Assembly (NCBI GenBank): GCA_965287045.1
Contig: OZ336878.1
Span: forward strand, 104,222,001 to 104,286,000
Reading direction: 5' to 3'
DNA length: 64,000 bases
Source of the DNA: Carcharhinus amblyrhynchos
Lineage: Eukaryota
Positions 39,101-54,100 of the stretch are shown piece after piece; the first letter of the stretch is position 1, and each line of letters starts with the position of its first letter. The translations under genes were made by a program, and so were the position numbers. The notes under the pieces were generated by a model. It searched no databases, was not told where the DNA came from, and worked only from the letters and a program-made list of their open reading frames with translations.

Positions 39101-42100
39101 TATGATAATCATTCTTGTTGTCATAAGAATTCGGCATCACTGGCAGGATCAAGATTGATTGAAAGTCTCCAATTGGCTCCTGATGGGTCAAATCATTTGC
39201 TTGTACAGTTGCAATTGATGGCGCGTGCTTAGACCCTTTATTGGAGGGGCGGGTGAAGGGGCGGGAGTTTCATCCCAGTGACGTGTCCAATTGACTGTAC
39301 ATTCCACCGTACATGAATAGAACGAAATGCAACACGTAAAGATAATGCTTACTTATTACTTGATGACTGCACAATTGAAACAGATCATTTGTCAATCGTA
39401 AACTATTGCTTTACAGAAGGCAAGTTCAGCAAAGAACGTCACGCTTTAGAGGTATATAAATTAACGTTTGATGAGCTTGCTCACCTTTATCTTGCTGATT
39501 GAGAAGTGCAGCGTTCAATTCTATTATCAAAACAAAAAGAAGAGAGTTAAAACTGAAAAAAGAATCAGTTAATGATGTCTTATAGCAAAGCGTCCAGAAA
39601 CACATAAACAATATTTTAGATACATATCGGGTCTAATAGGGGAAGATAAAACAGCACAAAATTAATTTGATTTTACAAGAATATTATATTATTTATGAAT
39701 TTAATGCTATTTCATTTTTAGAAGAAAGTCAAAACATTTGTTAAATGTCGAAACATCGTATTGAGTTTATACAATTGATATGAACGATCTGGATTTTATT
39801 TGGTGCACAGGTTTCTGGAAAATGAATTAATCAAGATAAAAATATATGCAGCAATCTGCATGGAATAATGACATTTCTACGCAATCACTTGCATAATCAG
39901 TAATTTTGCGTGATATTAATAAGTTAAATGGCAAGCAAATGCATTCATCATTAATCAAAATCAATGAAGTACCATTGTCTTTGGCAAGCAGTTGCTGCTC
40001 TGAAAAATAATTTCTGAGATCAGTACACATGTTAACCATAACAGCATGCAGTAAAGTTTGTAATCAATCTACAACACTTTTCATGACAGTGGCAACCCGA
40101 AAATCGATGGTGAAGGCGTCAGTGATGGAAATCCCAAGAGAATATTGTTAGTTTCTTTTTTCTTGGAGATCGCCATTTCTGGCTGTTGCATGGTATGAGT
40201 GACGCTTGAAACTAACCAGAGCAAATTAAACTTCTCCTGAGTATTTTTGCCTTCTTCAGTATTTGAACATTTAAGACTGATACTGAAAAAGTGCTATTAT
40301 CACTGGATTCTACTTTTTAAATTTGGTATTGAAAAAGTGTTATCATCAGTGAACATCCTACTTTTGAAATTATGTAAATGTTTTGTTATATTGCATTGCT
40401 CTCCAAACCTCTGACAGTGATATCCTAATGCTGAAATTATTGAGTTCGAAGGATCACAACCAATTATCTTTGTGATAAGTATTAGTTTAAGCAATGACAA
40501 TTTTCTCCAGCGTTTCGCTCTTACTTCCTACTGCTACATCAGGTAGAATGCAGTCTTGATGCCGATGAATGACTCATCTCTGGAATTCAGTTGTGGCATG
40601 AGTTTGGATGTAATGCACTCTGGAAATGGATGGCCCTGATTCAACCCAAGTTTAGTGGTTGTGATCAATTTTTTGTTAAAGAAGTGAAGCTACAACCCAG
40701 GTGTATTTGCTTGTTACATGGTGAAAGCAGCGTACATAACAGAGCTAACCGATCCCACAACCAACGGTTCAGATCTCATTTTTGCAGTGTTGCTACACCC
40801 AGTTGCGAATGGTGATGGACAATTACACAACTAACAGAAGCAGTAGGATCCACAAATATCTCGATCGTCAACCAAGGTGAACTGGTCACATCAGTGCAAA
40901 AGACAAGGCTGAATAACGTGCAACGATCTTCAGCCAGTCCTGCCAGATGCATGGTCAATCACTGACTTTTCCGAGATTCTGGTGTTGTCAGACTTCTTAC
41001 TGTGTTTACCCCAGTCCAAACGCCGGCATATCCACATCATGACTACTTTTCTGAGATTATCAGCATCACAGATGGACTTCGTGATCTAAGTTGATTCAAG
41101 AATTTTCAAGAAACTCCATTGGGCACTGGATTTACAAATGCTATGGAATCCGACAACATTTCAACAATAGCACTGGCGAATACTGACATCTACCTGTCAA
41201 AGTGCAAAGTTATCCAGATACGACCTGACACCAAAACGCCAGATAACATAAACTGGCTAATTAACGTTCCATCAGACTATGTCCATATTCATCAATGATG
41301 AAATTTATATTCGGCCGTGCTATGGTGCATGACAACTAAGCAGTCACCTATTTGCCGAAGCTTCCACAGCTCCTGACTTCAATGCACCCTTGTTAAAAGC
41401 ATGCACTCAACAGGTGAGGTGACATCAAAGCAACACTTGACAGATTGTATGACCAAGGAACCCTAACAGAACTGAAGTTCACTGGAATCATGGGAAAAGC
41501 TTTCCACTACTTTGAGTCATACCTAGAAAAGTCGTAGCTGGTTGTTAGTGTTGGCGATCATCCTCTCAGTCCCAGGACTGCAGTTCATATGATTCACAGG
41601 ACAATATTCGAGCTCTGCCCATCTTTAGTAGCTTCCTCAATCATTTTTTCTCCATTATTAAGTCAGGATTGTAGATGGTTGCTGATGTTCGAGGAATGCT
41701 CAGCGCTATTCCTGCCTGTACAGCTGTCCAGCTGTAAAGCAATCGTGTCCACGTGCAGCAAGGACTGAAAAACATTCAAACTCGGGCTGCATGGCTAGTA
41801 AAATGCATGTCACATAAACTGCAGGCAATGGCCATATCCACGCCTCGGAAATTAAACAATCCCCTCTTCATGTTCAATTGCATTATGATCACCGGCTTGG
41901 TTGGCACTCGATTAGCAACCTCCAACTTTCACTTCCTCCACCACAGAGGCACAGCGGCTGTAGTACATGTCATCTATATGGTACGTTGCAGCAATTTAGT
42001 AAGGCTGACTCGATAGCACCTGCCAACTTACGAACTCGACCACCTAGAAGGGCAAACATAGAAAATGAGTGGAACATGACCACGTGCAATTTTCCTACCC

Positions 42101-45100
42101 ACTGCATAACATTGGTCCTTGGAAGCATATTGCTCTTCCTTGAACACCGCTGAGCAACATCACAGAAACTCCGTCCTAACAGCACTGTGGGTACACCTAC
42201 ACCACATGTTTCAAGAGGGCGGCTCTCCTCCACCTTTTTAAGTGCCATTATGGATGCAAAATAAATGTTGGCCGCTGCAATGATTCTCCCTCGCCCCTTT
42301 TACACCCTGCATCCCAAGAAATGATAATAATATTTATTATAATTTGCTTAATAACTTGAAAGTAGAGGGCAGTTTTCCTAACGTTGCTGACTTTAAGATT
42401 AGACTCATGGGATATCATTGAGGATGAGGATGTATTTGATTATTACTCTTCCTGCTCTCTATATAATTATTCGTCATCATTCCCAACAGGATGTCACTGC
42501 CATGCAGTGTTTTGATTTGATCCGTTGAATGGGATCGAATTTTGCATGGAACTGTTACTTCTACTGTGAATTATGCATATAATCCTAATGCTGATATTTG
42601 AGGTTTGCAGCACATTTTATGTAGGCCATCTGACGAACTTGCCCTGCTCTGTTACACACCTCAGTGAACCAGGGTTGAGTCTCTGACTTGATGATAACGG
42701 TAGTGTACCGTTTGCAACGGATCATGATGCTGCAAGATTGTGACTGAAAGCAATTCTGTTTATTTCAATGACCCAAAATTAGTCATGAATGACCAGAGAT
42801 ACCACATTTCTTCTGCTCCCCACCTCCGCCACCCCATTTATCAGAAAAATGCAACACAATGAGTTCCATCTTTTCTGAGAAGATGTTGTTGAGTTCAAGT
42901 AATAGAATCTCAGGATGATGTATCTGTCACACGTACACAGCTCAAAAGGAGATGAGGAAAAACCAACTTTTGTTCACTCTCACCTGTTGTATATGTTAGC
43001 AGCATGCTATTATAATATAAAGATTTTTGACAGAGCAAGGGTTAATGTGAGTCTGGGGAATGGTTCCATTCCTGGTGCGATGTATAGAATTACAAGTAGA
43101 AGGCTTTTGGATTATATTCTAGAGAAATCCAACATGCAGCAGCACAAATGCATGATGATACCTGGAAAACATAGATATATATGGACGAGTTAAGAACAAA
43201 TGGTTAATGTTTAAACAGACCAAACAAACTTTTGCAGTAGTACCAATTTGCTTTCAGGGATATATCTATCCGGTCCAGTATTGACAATGACGTCAATCGC
43301 ATAATGACACCCTCAGAATTTATTGTGATACACTAAGCATTGATGAGCATGATGGATTCCGAACAGATCCAGCAGGTCTGGACATGACCTCCACGGGGAG
43401 CTGAGGGCGAGCAGGACGAGCAGAATTACATGCGGCTGCAGTCACTAAACGTATTGAATACTAACCGTATTCAATTCACTAATATTTCCATGAATCTTGC
43501 GATTAAGTCATTTCAGTTGGGAGAGGAATGCAGTACGCCACCAGCAGCATATGCGTAATCAAAGAATACAGTGTTAGCCTGGCGAAGAAATGCTGCTTCC
43601 ACAGCTATTAATCCCTGCCAAGCAGTGAAAGCTGCTACTTTATTAACCACTTTCCATTCATCATAACATTGGGGATGTTCACTGATAATGACGCAGTGTT
43701 CAATTTAATCTCGAAGACCTTACACAATGAAGCATTGTAAGCCCATCTGCAGAAAGACGTGCAAACAGTTGAGACTTGTTCTGATAAGCATTATAGCATC
43801 AAAGGAATTTCAGCTGCCGAAAAAGAGCGGCTAAAGAACTTCGAGCGCCATTTAATAGCGTTAGCACAATCTAATCTCCAAAGATTAGCATGTTGGACAT
43901 GCTCCTTAAACAAAGGCTGGGTATGGCTAGTGAGCAGGTGCCCGGGAGCTTTGAAGCCTAATTGCCCACAACTTCTGCCCTGTACATTTCCAATGCTTAA
44001 TGCAGCTTTGAAATTGATACTTTCTTGAGTGGATAGGCGAAGTTGCAAAAATGCTCAAGAACCTGAACAAGGCAAACAAAAGCTTTGTTTGTATTTTAAA
44101 CTTCTCACTCTGATAGACAGCTTACCTATTCGCTCCTCCCATCACAAGTGTACAGTGAGTGTAATATTCATCACTTACGAAATTCATTCACTGAGATTTC
44201 TGCAAAGACATTTCTCAAGTTCACTCCTTCGATTAACTAAGACAACCGTTGTAGGCTCTCGGGAACGCTACCACATCATTGCTCCCCTCCAAGGCACAGT
44301 GTACCAAACTGACTTGCAAATATATCGTACCTTATTATTGCTGAATCAAAATGCTGGAAAATGCTCCTTGGTAGAAACAAGGAGTATTTTAAGAGCATGT
44401 ATTGCGGCGGTTCAAGACGTTTGCTCAGATTAAAAGTTTCAAGGGCAATTGAGGAGGGGAAATAAATATTGAGCACTCAAGTGACATTTCCAAATAGTCA
44501 ACTAATCCCCTTTCAGCAGCATTGCCTGTTCACCGCTCCGTGCCGTGCCTTGATCCAATTATACCCAGGTCCTTATCTATGCTTCAGATGAACTCTAAGT
44601 TTCTGATTGCAGGTACGCATCATCACAAGTGAACAACACATATATACATTCAAGTGAAGTATCAGTTATCTAACGTACATTTTGACTTGGATGCTGCTTG
44701 GATACTAACTTGTGACTTCACGAAGTTTTTGAAGTTCTGATGAAGAAGATAATTTCAATTAGGTTGCATGATCCATTCTCTGAATGTAGAGATAAAGAGC
44801 AACAAGCATATTGCCCAATATTAAAGATAGCACATGAACAACAATTCCACCGATTGGAAAGAGATTAAAGGCATTACCTGCCCTCAGTTGGATCAACCTC
44901 TCATCTGCAAAATGGAATGTTTTATTGGAAAGTAATTGCCGATTTAGATAAATATTCAGAAAGAAAGGAAAACAGTCTCCCAACAATGTTCGCTTTTCAG
45001 TTCAATCATTCGAATCAACTCATGTTCCGTAGCATTGAAGGCCATACAACTGAAAGCAAATTATGCTCAAGTATTTTGAGTCATTTTGTGTCTCCTGTTT

Positions 45101-48100
45101 TTTCGAACAGTCAGTCCCTGAGCTCCACCAACCTCCAGGTAAAGAAATGCTTCTCTTCCGCTAGCAACTTGTGTGTCTTTACCATGAATCGACTTCCCTT
45201 GCTATGCATCCCTCAAGAAAAAACGAATGAATAGGCTTTATGAGGCATTCTATCCAGATAATTCATGATTATACGTGTTTAGTTAGATTTGTTCTTCATT
45301 TATAGTGTTACAAAACCATATTCCGATCCCATGCAAGCTTTCTTCATACTTAAAACATACCAGTAAAGCAAAAACCCTCGTAATATCATTTTTATTCCTT
45401 CTAATGCAATGAAATCTTTCTTGTCTTGACTTTCCAAAATTGCATCCAGCTGTTGAATTATTGCCAAGCCAATATTTTATGCTGTTTCACCATAACTTAG
45501 AAGCTCTGACATTCGCTCTAAGACTCCTGTACTGAACGCAGGTTGCCTCGTACCTTCTACGTTTTCCAGGTATCAGAAATGTGTATACAATCATCATGCT
45601 ACCTTTTTGATTTAATCTTCTTATTATCATACCATTTACCGTGGCTTCAGTTGCTTGTCAACCTTCTTCAAATGTATTGCTTCAGATTTCTTTGATATGA
45701 ATTATCTTTATCACGGTCCACCCACGTGTCTTGTTCAATGATATCGTCCCTCAATTACAGAGCTTTGCTTCATAATCAAACACGCCTTCAATTTGCACGT
45801 TATTTGAAGTCGTCTTGATCATACTTCATCCATTTGAGACCAGATGTTTGGCACATCCTACCAAAAGGACATCACCTTAAGCAACCACACAGCAAACAAG
45901 CTCCAGTCAAGAAACAAGACTTTTTTTTAGTTAAACTTCTGCCTCTGAAACAAATTTGCTGTCATATTGTGACTGTTTCTTCGATGCTTTAGACTTATTC
46001 TTCCGTTGCAGACCGGCCTTGATAAAATCCAAATGAATCCATTTCAATTGCACAATGAGATCATAGAACATTGTCGTCTTTTGGAGCATGGGACGACATT
46101 TGTTCCGTTCTCTTTGGGAAAAAAAGGCTCTCTATCTCTCTCACCTTCTCAAGCCCCATAGCTCTGAAGGCATATTTTCTTCATCTGCCCATCTAATCTC
46201 CCTTTTTAACCTTTGTTTGAGACTATTTTCTCGTTTGTTTACCAGTCACAAGTAAGCTTTTATTAACACTGCAATGAAGTTGCTGTGAAAATCCCCTAGC
46301 TGCCACACTCTGGCATCAGTTCGGATACACTGACGAAAAGTTTTGCACGGCCAATGCATCTTACCAGCACGTCTTCCAGACAGTGGGAGGAAAGCGGATC
46401 ACCCAGAGGAAACCTACCCATTACACAGGGACAACGTGGAAACTGCACACAGACAGTGATGCAAGCAAGGAATCCGACCCAGGTCCCTGGCGCTGTGAGA
46501 TATCAATGCTAATTAGTGTTCCACCGTGCTGTCCCTTTGTGGGCACTGAGCTTCACATCATTGCCATTTGTTGTGTGGAGACTTTCCTCGCGAAATTCCC
46601 CTTGCCTACACCACGGAATCTTTCCCTTTGCTAAAAACTCAGAACCTGCATGGTGGTGCCCTTGTACAGTTAATTAATGGAAACATTGTTTTATTCTTGC
46701 CTATCTGGTCAAAGTTTGCCAGAATCCTGTAGACCTCTACAAAATCTCCTACTAGTTTTATTTTCATAAAGGGGAACCAACCTAAAGCTCTTCAATCCAT
46801 CCTTGCAATTGAATTCCCACATTCCTCGAATTATTCTGGTAAATGTCTTCTGCTAAAATCCTTCTTCACAAAGTGCAGTGATCAGAACTGGACACCATCC
46901 TCAAATTGCAGCCTAGCCTCTGCTTTAGAATTGTGTAATATGTTTTCCCAGCTCTGACATTCAATGCCTCTATTAGTGAAGTTCATAATGATTTGTGCAC
47001 CATTCTCTCAATGCACCTTGTCACCTTGAAAATTCAATCTAAGTATAACCAGATCCCTCAGCTCCAGCAGACTATTTGGCGCTATACCATCAGCAATTGG
47101 TTGCTTTTCGAAATCCCCTTTCCAACTCGGCATCACCTTCTACTTTTCTGTATTAAATTCCAGCTTTCACTTGTTTGCTTATTCTTCGAATCTACTAATC
47201 TGATATTATGAAGTTAGTTTTTCGTTAACCTTTTGTACATTTTGATAGAATATCATTCCGGACTAATTTTCAAGTAGTTTGAATTGTTGGCAATGCCAAG
47301 ATTATTACCAATTACTATCTGAGGGATGTTGGACTACCGCCAGGTGAGGAACATGTTATCTTTTTTCTCGGGTGATCTAACAAAACCCATGATTTGCATG
47401 CTGGATGATATTTTCACTGGACCATTAATCTAGTGGCCAAGGCTATTACTCAACTTCCACCACAGCAACTTTCTGTTAATAATTTGGAATTAAATGCGAG
47501 TCTCAGCAATGGTGACCATTAACTTGTTGCCAATTGTCATAATTAGGTTCACAAACATCCTATCGGGAAGCAAATCAGATCTGTCGGCAAAATACGTAAA
47601 ATAAAAATGAGTAATGCTCTGATCCAAGGCAATTGCTTCTCATTCTTCAAGAACTAGCAATGTGAGTATTTGGACAGGGTAACAAGTACGAACACAAAGA
47701 AGTTCCAAAAGCAAAGCAGTCGAATACGCAATTGATACGTTAGAGTTAATTGTTTTTTTCTTTGTTGAGGTCATTAAAAGTTGACATCCATTTAGTGGAA
47801 TCACAATATCGACAAGCCTCTCTAACAACAGAAATGAAGTGCAATCAAATATATACGTGATTCCATTGAAAATCTTAAAAGGTGAAATCATGGCGCCCAG
47901 GATGAGAAAGGAGGAAAACACAAATTCAACAATGTTGTGTGTTCAAAACTTATTTTTAAAAGATCTGCTGCAAGTGATTACCCTGCTATGTGAAACAAAA
48001 CATAAATTTGGAGGAATCGGTTGGAAAAAATGACAGGACAGCATTATCTTAACAGAAAGATTCCTAGAAAAAGGGCTAAACTTGGATGTAATTACGTTCA

Positions 48101-51100
48101 CGTTATACTTAGAAAATGTAGAAGGTTTGAAGAGAGACACAAGCATTAATATAGTTCTCAGGGTTCCATATATACATATTACCGGGGGTGGCACGGTGGC
48201 ACAGTGGTTAGCACTGCTGCCTCACAGCACCAGGGACGCGTGTTCGGTTCCTGGCATCGGTCATTCTCTGTGTGGAGTTTGCACATTCTCCCCGTGTTTG
48301 CGTGGGTTTCCTCCGGGTGCTCCGGTTTCCTCCCACAGTCCAAAATGTGCGGGTCAGGTGTATTGGCCATGCTAACGTGTCAGAGGCACTAGCTAGGGTA
48401 AGTGCATGGGGTTATAGGGATAGGGGCTTGGTGGGAACGTGGTCGATGCAGACTCGATGGTCCGAATGGCCTCCTTCTGCACTGTAGGATTCTGTGATTT
48501 AAGGTAAAGGCTAATAGACGGACCACTTCAGTTTTTCGGCGAAGTTTGCTTATTAGTTATGTATTTTGAGACAGATTTTCACGTTATTAACATATTCCGC
48601 AGGACTTACCATCGGTTTTGTATTTCGTGTCCTGGTCTGAGCGAGAGCAATAATAAAAATCATCTTAGCCACAATATAAATCGTAGGATCAAGGTTTATT
48701 ATTATTTTTGTCACTTCATTCATCCTTTAAGAATACAGGAGGGAAGAACGATTTATTACTTGGAGAAAAAATCTTTTTACCTTTCTTGGCGTCAGTGAGC
48801 TTTTTTTCTGTTGCGAAACATCAACAATCACTTTGCTGTAATGCCGGAAAATATCTATGATTTGTTTTCATTGGCAATTCTTGATAGTGTTTGCAACCAC
48901 GATATAGAAGAATGTCACTGACGTAATAGCGAAGCACTGCCGCTGCTGGAGGTCAGAAATAAAAAGAATAAGTAAAGAACGGACTGCAAGGACGCTGTGC
49001 CATTCGGTGAGAGTATGGACGATCTGACTGTGATTTCAAATTCACTTTCCTGTCCGCCAAAAACATTTACCTCCCTTGTATTTGAAAAAGCTTTCAAACT
49101 TAGATTGAATGAAATGAATTGCCAAACGCTTTTTGGCGCAGAGAATTCGACAGGCTAATGATATTCGGAGAGAAATAATATATTTGAATCTATATTTCTG
49201 ATTGTTGAATTCTGATTTTAAACATTGTACCCTTGATCCAGACGTGCCCACAAAATTCTCATCTTCTTGCGCTGCATCTTATAAAGTCCCATCACGATAT
49301 TTTATGTTTCAGTGACATCACCTTGCGTTCTGCTGAATTACAATGCATAAAGTATCTTGTACGCGAACATAAAATCGGAACGCTGCTCTATACCCATCGT
49401 AACTCATAAGCGTTAACTAGAACAACTTACGCTGTTTCATTGTTAACATGGCACCATTCTGCCACGCCACACCCAGTTGAATCTGATGTTTTGTTTGGAA
49501 AGTAAGCGATCATCTTTGAAGTTTAATCAGAACAAATCTAGACAAACTCTTTTAGCTGCAAATTTCACGCATCAACTTTTCCACTATTCTGAGGGGTCCA
49601 TCTTAAATTAAAATGCACGTGATCAAAAACAAGTATTTTCACTTTCATGCCATGAGTAGGTCTTGGGTTATAATTTCTGAAATTGGCAAATGTTACGTGG
49701 TTCTGCTCCATAATGCGATGCTGCCAAATTTAAATTAATATTTAAGCATATAACGGTTCGAATTAATTAAAAAGCAAAAATGTTAAAAATAATTCACATA
49801 CATAACAAGACACGTATCACGTGGCTAAAGAGCCCAATCCGTAAGCCGCTCCGCTGAAGACAAACCTGTGAAATGTTTTGGGTGGTAGAATTTGTCTTTT
49901 GATTTGAGATCGCCGGCAATTCTTTCTCAGGTTCCTGTTCGGACCTCCTCTTGTTGTCTGATGTTCCCAAAAAATTGTGCTTTCAATCAGGAGGCCCTTA
50001 GGCCCATTCCGGCAGTTGGTTGTGGACAATGGTGCAGCGTTCCTTTAAAAAAAGAAGTCTACGGTTTTGCAGAAAGGCGATTGCCTTGGTACCAATTCCT
50101 TTTGGGCGATAACATCATATAGCGCAAGTCTATTGGTCCCATCATGATTGAATGCAATTGAAGTCAATGATACAAAACATCAGACAGAACACAGACGGGG
50201 AAACGTCTCCGTCATCGATCTTGTTCTGCAACGCAAGTGAAATCTTGCATTGTTGAAAAGCACTTACCTGAAATTTGTAGCATTTTAGTTAATTCTGTTT
50301 TTTCTGAAAAAGAGAAAATGACCGACTATCGAGTAAATGACACCCTGTTAAACCACTGAGATTAAACTACGACTTTTACTTTGCAGTGTATGGACTCTAA
50401 AAAACAGATGTTGAAATCTGTTATACAATTGCCACGTAACTCTTTAACATTCCATCCCAAGAGGCCGACCAAGTTAACCTACATTTCAATATAGAGATTA
50501 TCATGTCCGCTCTTGAAATTTCCCGTGCCCCAGGTTCCCACAAGGTCTTGAAAGGGCGGACATTCTCTGAGCGTTTTATAATTGTAGCTCATGATGATGT
50601 AGGCACATTTCCTGAGCAAAAATATACATGAAGAATATGTGTCGTATAGATTAATCCAAAATGAACTTATATTTTCCCTGTGGATTTCAATAAGATAATT
50701 ATTATGATCATTATTATTATAACGACGAACACTTAAACATTTGTTTCGATCAACTGATGACAGTTCATCCAGAGTTACAGTTAAAGATGTCAGCTGCAAT
50801 AACATAGCAAGACGATTCAGAAGTATACATTTTTAACGTTGTATCGAATTGTTGCACAAACGGAGTGGTACCGATCCTAGCTATAGGTCACAGTTTTACA
50901 ACAGACAGATATTCTATTCTTCATCGCTCAGTAATTACTTATGGGTTTCTGTGTCGCTGGCCTTTCGTCAGAGGCGACAGCTTCAGGTCTGCCGATCCAC
51001 ATCAAGCATGTCTGACCAGGGGACTCCCCGGCTCAATGATGGATTTACAAGTTGGTAATAAATTTGTTTGCTGCATTAAGAGCATAGCTTCTGTGACCAT

Positions 51101-54100
51101 CAAGTCCCGAGGTTTGCCTTGAACCCAGAACATGCGAAAAAAGAACTAAGAACGGGAGTAGACAATTCAGCCATTCGAACTCACTCCGCCATTTAACATC
51201 ATTATGGCTGATCTTATTCTGGTCGGAAATTCACTTTCCTGCCCTATAGCCCTTTATTCCGCTTTTCATCAGTAACATATCTATCTTTTTCTTGAATTTG
51301 CTGATTGATTCTGTCTCCACTCCCATCTGGGCTAAAGAGCTCCACAGATTCACAACGACCTGAGAGATGTATTTGCTCCTCACCTCAGTTTTGAACCTAC
51401 CTCTTGTCACTCTATGTCCAGAACCTCTTGTTCTAGACTGTCTCACAAGGGCAGACAACTATTCAACGTCCAGCTTCTCAATCCTCTTTGGCATTTTATA
51501 CACCTTAAAGAGATCTCTTTGATTCTTCTGAAATCCAGCGAGAACAGGCCAAAGCCAATCAACTGCTTCGTTGATTTTCATCTCCCATCAATGTTTTCTG
51601 GCATTGCTGTGTGAGTTATTGTTCTTCTTGGATACCTCCCTTTCTCTAAAGTCCGTGACAACACGTGCCATTTGCATTTTGTACGATGTCTTTCAATTTC
51701 ACGTCATTTATTCTCTCAGTTCTGGAAGTGCGCATTTTGCTATTTATAGAAACTCTTGAGTACAGAAGGAGGCCATTCGGCCCTTCGAGTCTGCGCCAAC
51801 CACAATCCCACCCAGGCCCTATTTCCATAACCATAACTACCATGCTAATACACCTGACATTGGGGTCAATTTAGCATTGCCAATCAACCTAACCCGCACA
51901 TCTTTAGAGTGTGAGAGAAAACTGGAGCACCCAGAGGAAACCTACGCAGAAACGGGGAGAATGTGCAAACTCCGTATAGATAGTGACAGGAGGCCGGAAT
52001 TGAACCGGGTCTCTGGCGCTGTGAGGCATCAGTGTTAACCGCTGTGCCGCAGTGCTGCCCTCTTTCTGCTGCACAGCAAATTCCTTTTTGATTAGCTTAC
52101 TCTCCTTTAAACCATTAAGGAATTTGCGCTGTTTAGTTTAATTCAATTACAGATACAGAACATTTAGATACTTTTTTTCCTAAGAAACATTACCTTTGTC
52201 TTTTATTTCAATCTGTTTGTCTGTAAAGACAATGTTAACTTTAATTTAAAGGGTAGGAATCAAACAGACATATTTTCTTTGCAATCTTCCAAAAATGGAA
52301 TAAACATTGCGATCTACAATCTAGAGAAAACAATACTGCATTGTTCAATTTTCTTTGTTATGGACTTAAGCTTATTTCGAATTACTGTCAACATTCTTAT
52401 GTTTAGCACCTCTAATGCATCTAAAAATCAAATTGATAGTCGAGTTCCCTTATATAACATTATCCTGAATATTTACAGCGTGAAAGTTATGCGTTTCGGA
52501 GACTAATTTTACCGATTTACTTCGATATATTTTTGTGCTTTCGCATTACTCCTCACGAAAACATCAACATTCTCGAAAGAATCAGATAACAGGTCGCAAG
52601 AAAGATGTTAAAAAAAAGCAGTCAAAGATTTCTGGGACTAAGTGTGCCTCACACGAACTGTGCACAAAATAATTCTCATGATAGGTGTTGGGAATTTTAA
52701 AGTAAACAGAATCTGCTGGAAATGCAACACAAGTCAACCAGCACCTTTATCAAAGTTCATGCGCCAGTTTCTTGACCTAAATCGTTTCCCCTTTTGACAG
52801 ATGGGGCTTAACTTTTTGAGGGTTTCTTGCATTTTCTATTCGTATCTTTACATGTCTACGTAGAAACGTGCTGATATGGAATGTTTTGCACCACCCACTC
52901 TTCTCCTCAAGTTTGTATTTGGCCAAAGAAGGGATACTGGCTTATTTTGAATTCACTGACCTAGATACTCTGACGCCATTTATATTCATTCCTTTCCACC
53001 CCTTTCCCCGCCCCCCTCCCCCTCCAACCCCCGTCCCCCAAAGTTACATCCAATACTGAAATCAACCAGTTAGTCATTTGATGGCATCAACTATGGGCTG
53101 GATTTTTCCTGTTCTTTGTAGCGATCTGAACAGTCAGGAATCAAGCGTGTTGAGCGGCGGAGTGTGGGGGTGGGGGCGGATCGCACGTGCGACCGATGGG
53201 ACCAAGAGAATAAAATGCCATTGGTTTTAAGCAGCCACAGCATACGTCCAGGAGAAGCCTCCAAATAGACAATTTTGAATATTGGCCTGGATGCCCCCTT
53301 GTTATGCCCCCTGAGCCTCCCAGACGCTTCTCATCATGTGTTTCACACCCGGGTAGTCATCCTCCGCGTACTGTCTACCTTATTCTCCTCCCAAAGTCTT
53401 CTTGCTGGAGGAATACCACCTGACTTACAACACCGTATCTTCTTCTTGCATGACTTAGTGCAGTACTAGTGATGGCCGTGGTGAGAAACTAGAGAACGAG
53501 TGGCCTCCGATTAACCAGCGGTTTTCTAAGGCAAGGATTACTGCTGATGGGGGGCATAAAACAAGCCGCGAGCCAAATTACTGTAGACCAATGTGGCTGA
53601 GGGAATGAATTGAATCAAATGCCATTTCAGTCGATAAGAACAGTTACGTCAATATTGGACATAATACACCGGACCACATGCTTGCTGTAGAATTTCATAG
53701 CACCTGAAGATACAAAGCGTTGTTAAGCCAATGAAAATGTATCATAAATGATGCATTTCTATGAACATAATCTCTATTCTTTCCATTATCCTAGAAACTG
53801 CGCGCTTTATTAACAATAAAACATTTAGGAATCAATGCATTGTGCTAAAATTCCGAAATATTTCTGGCAGATATACAAGAGTGATGGCACAAACCTGACA
53901 TTTTTATACGATTTTCTAGTTCTGTTATCCAAACAAAAAAAAATTGACCCTCATTCCACGATCTTTGTTGGTTGGATGCAATTGTGTCGAAAATCTTACT
54001 GCGTATTTTTCCATGACTTTAAATAATTATATTTTGTATTATCAGCTGGACGCCAGCCAGCATTACAAGTAAGAAAAGATCATAAAGTGTAACAAAGGGG

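Noticed and set aside
44759-44986. ORF with TM-like stretch
   Set aside because: It is read-through of micro-exon 44878-44904 into a 141-nt T-rich intron
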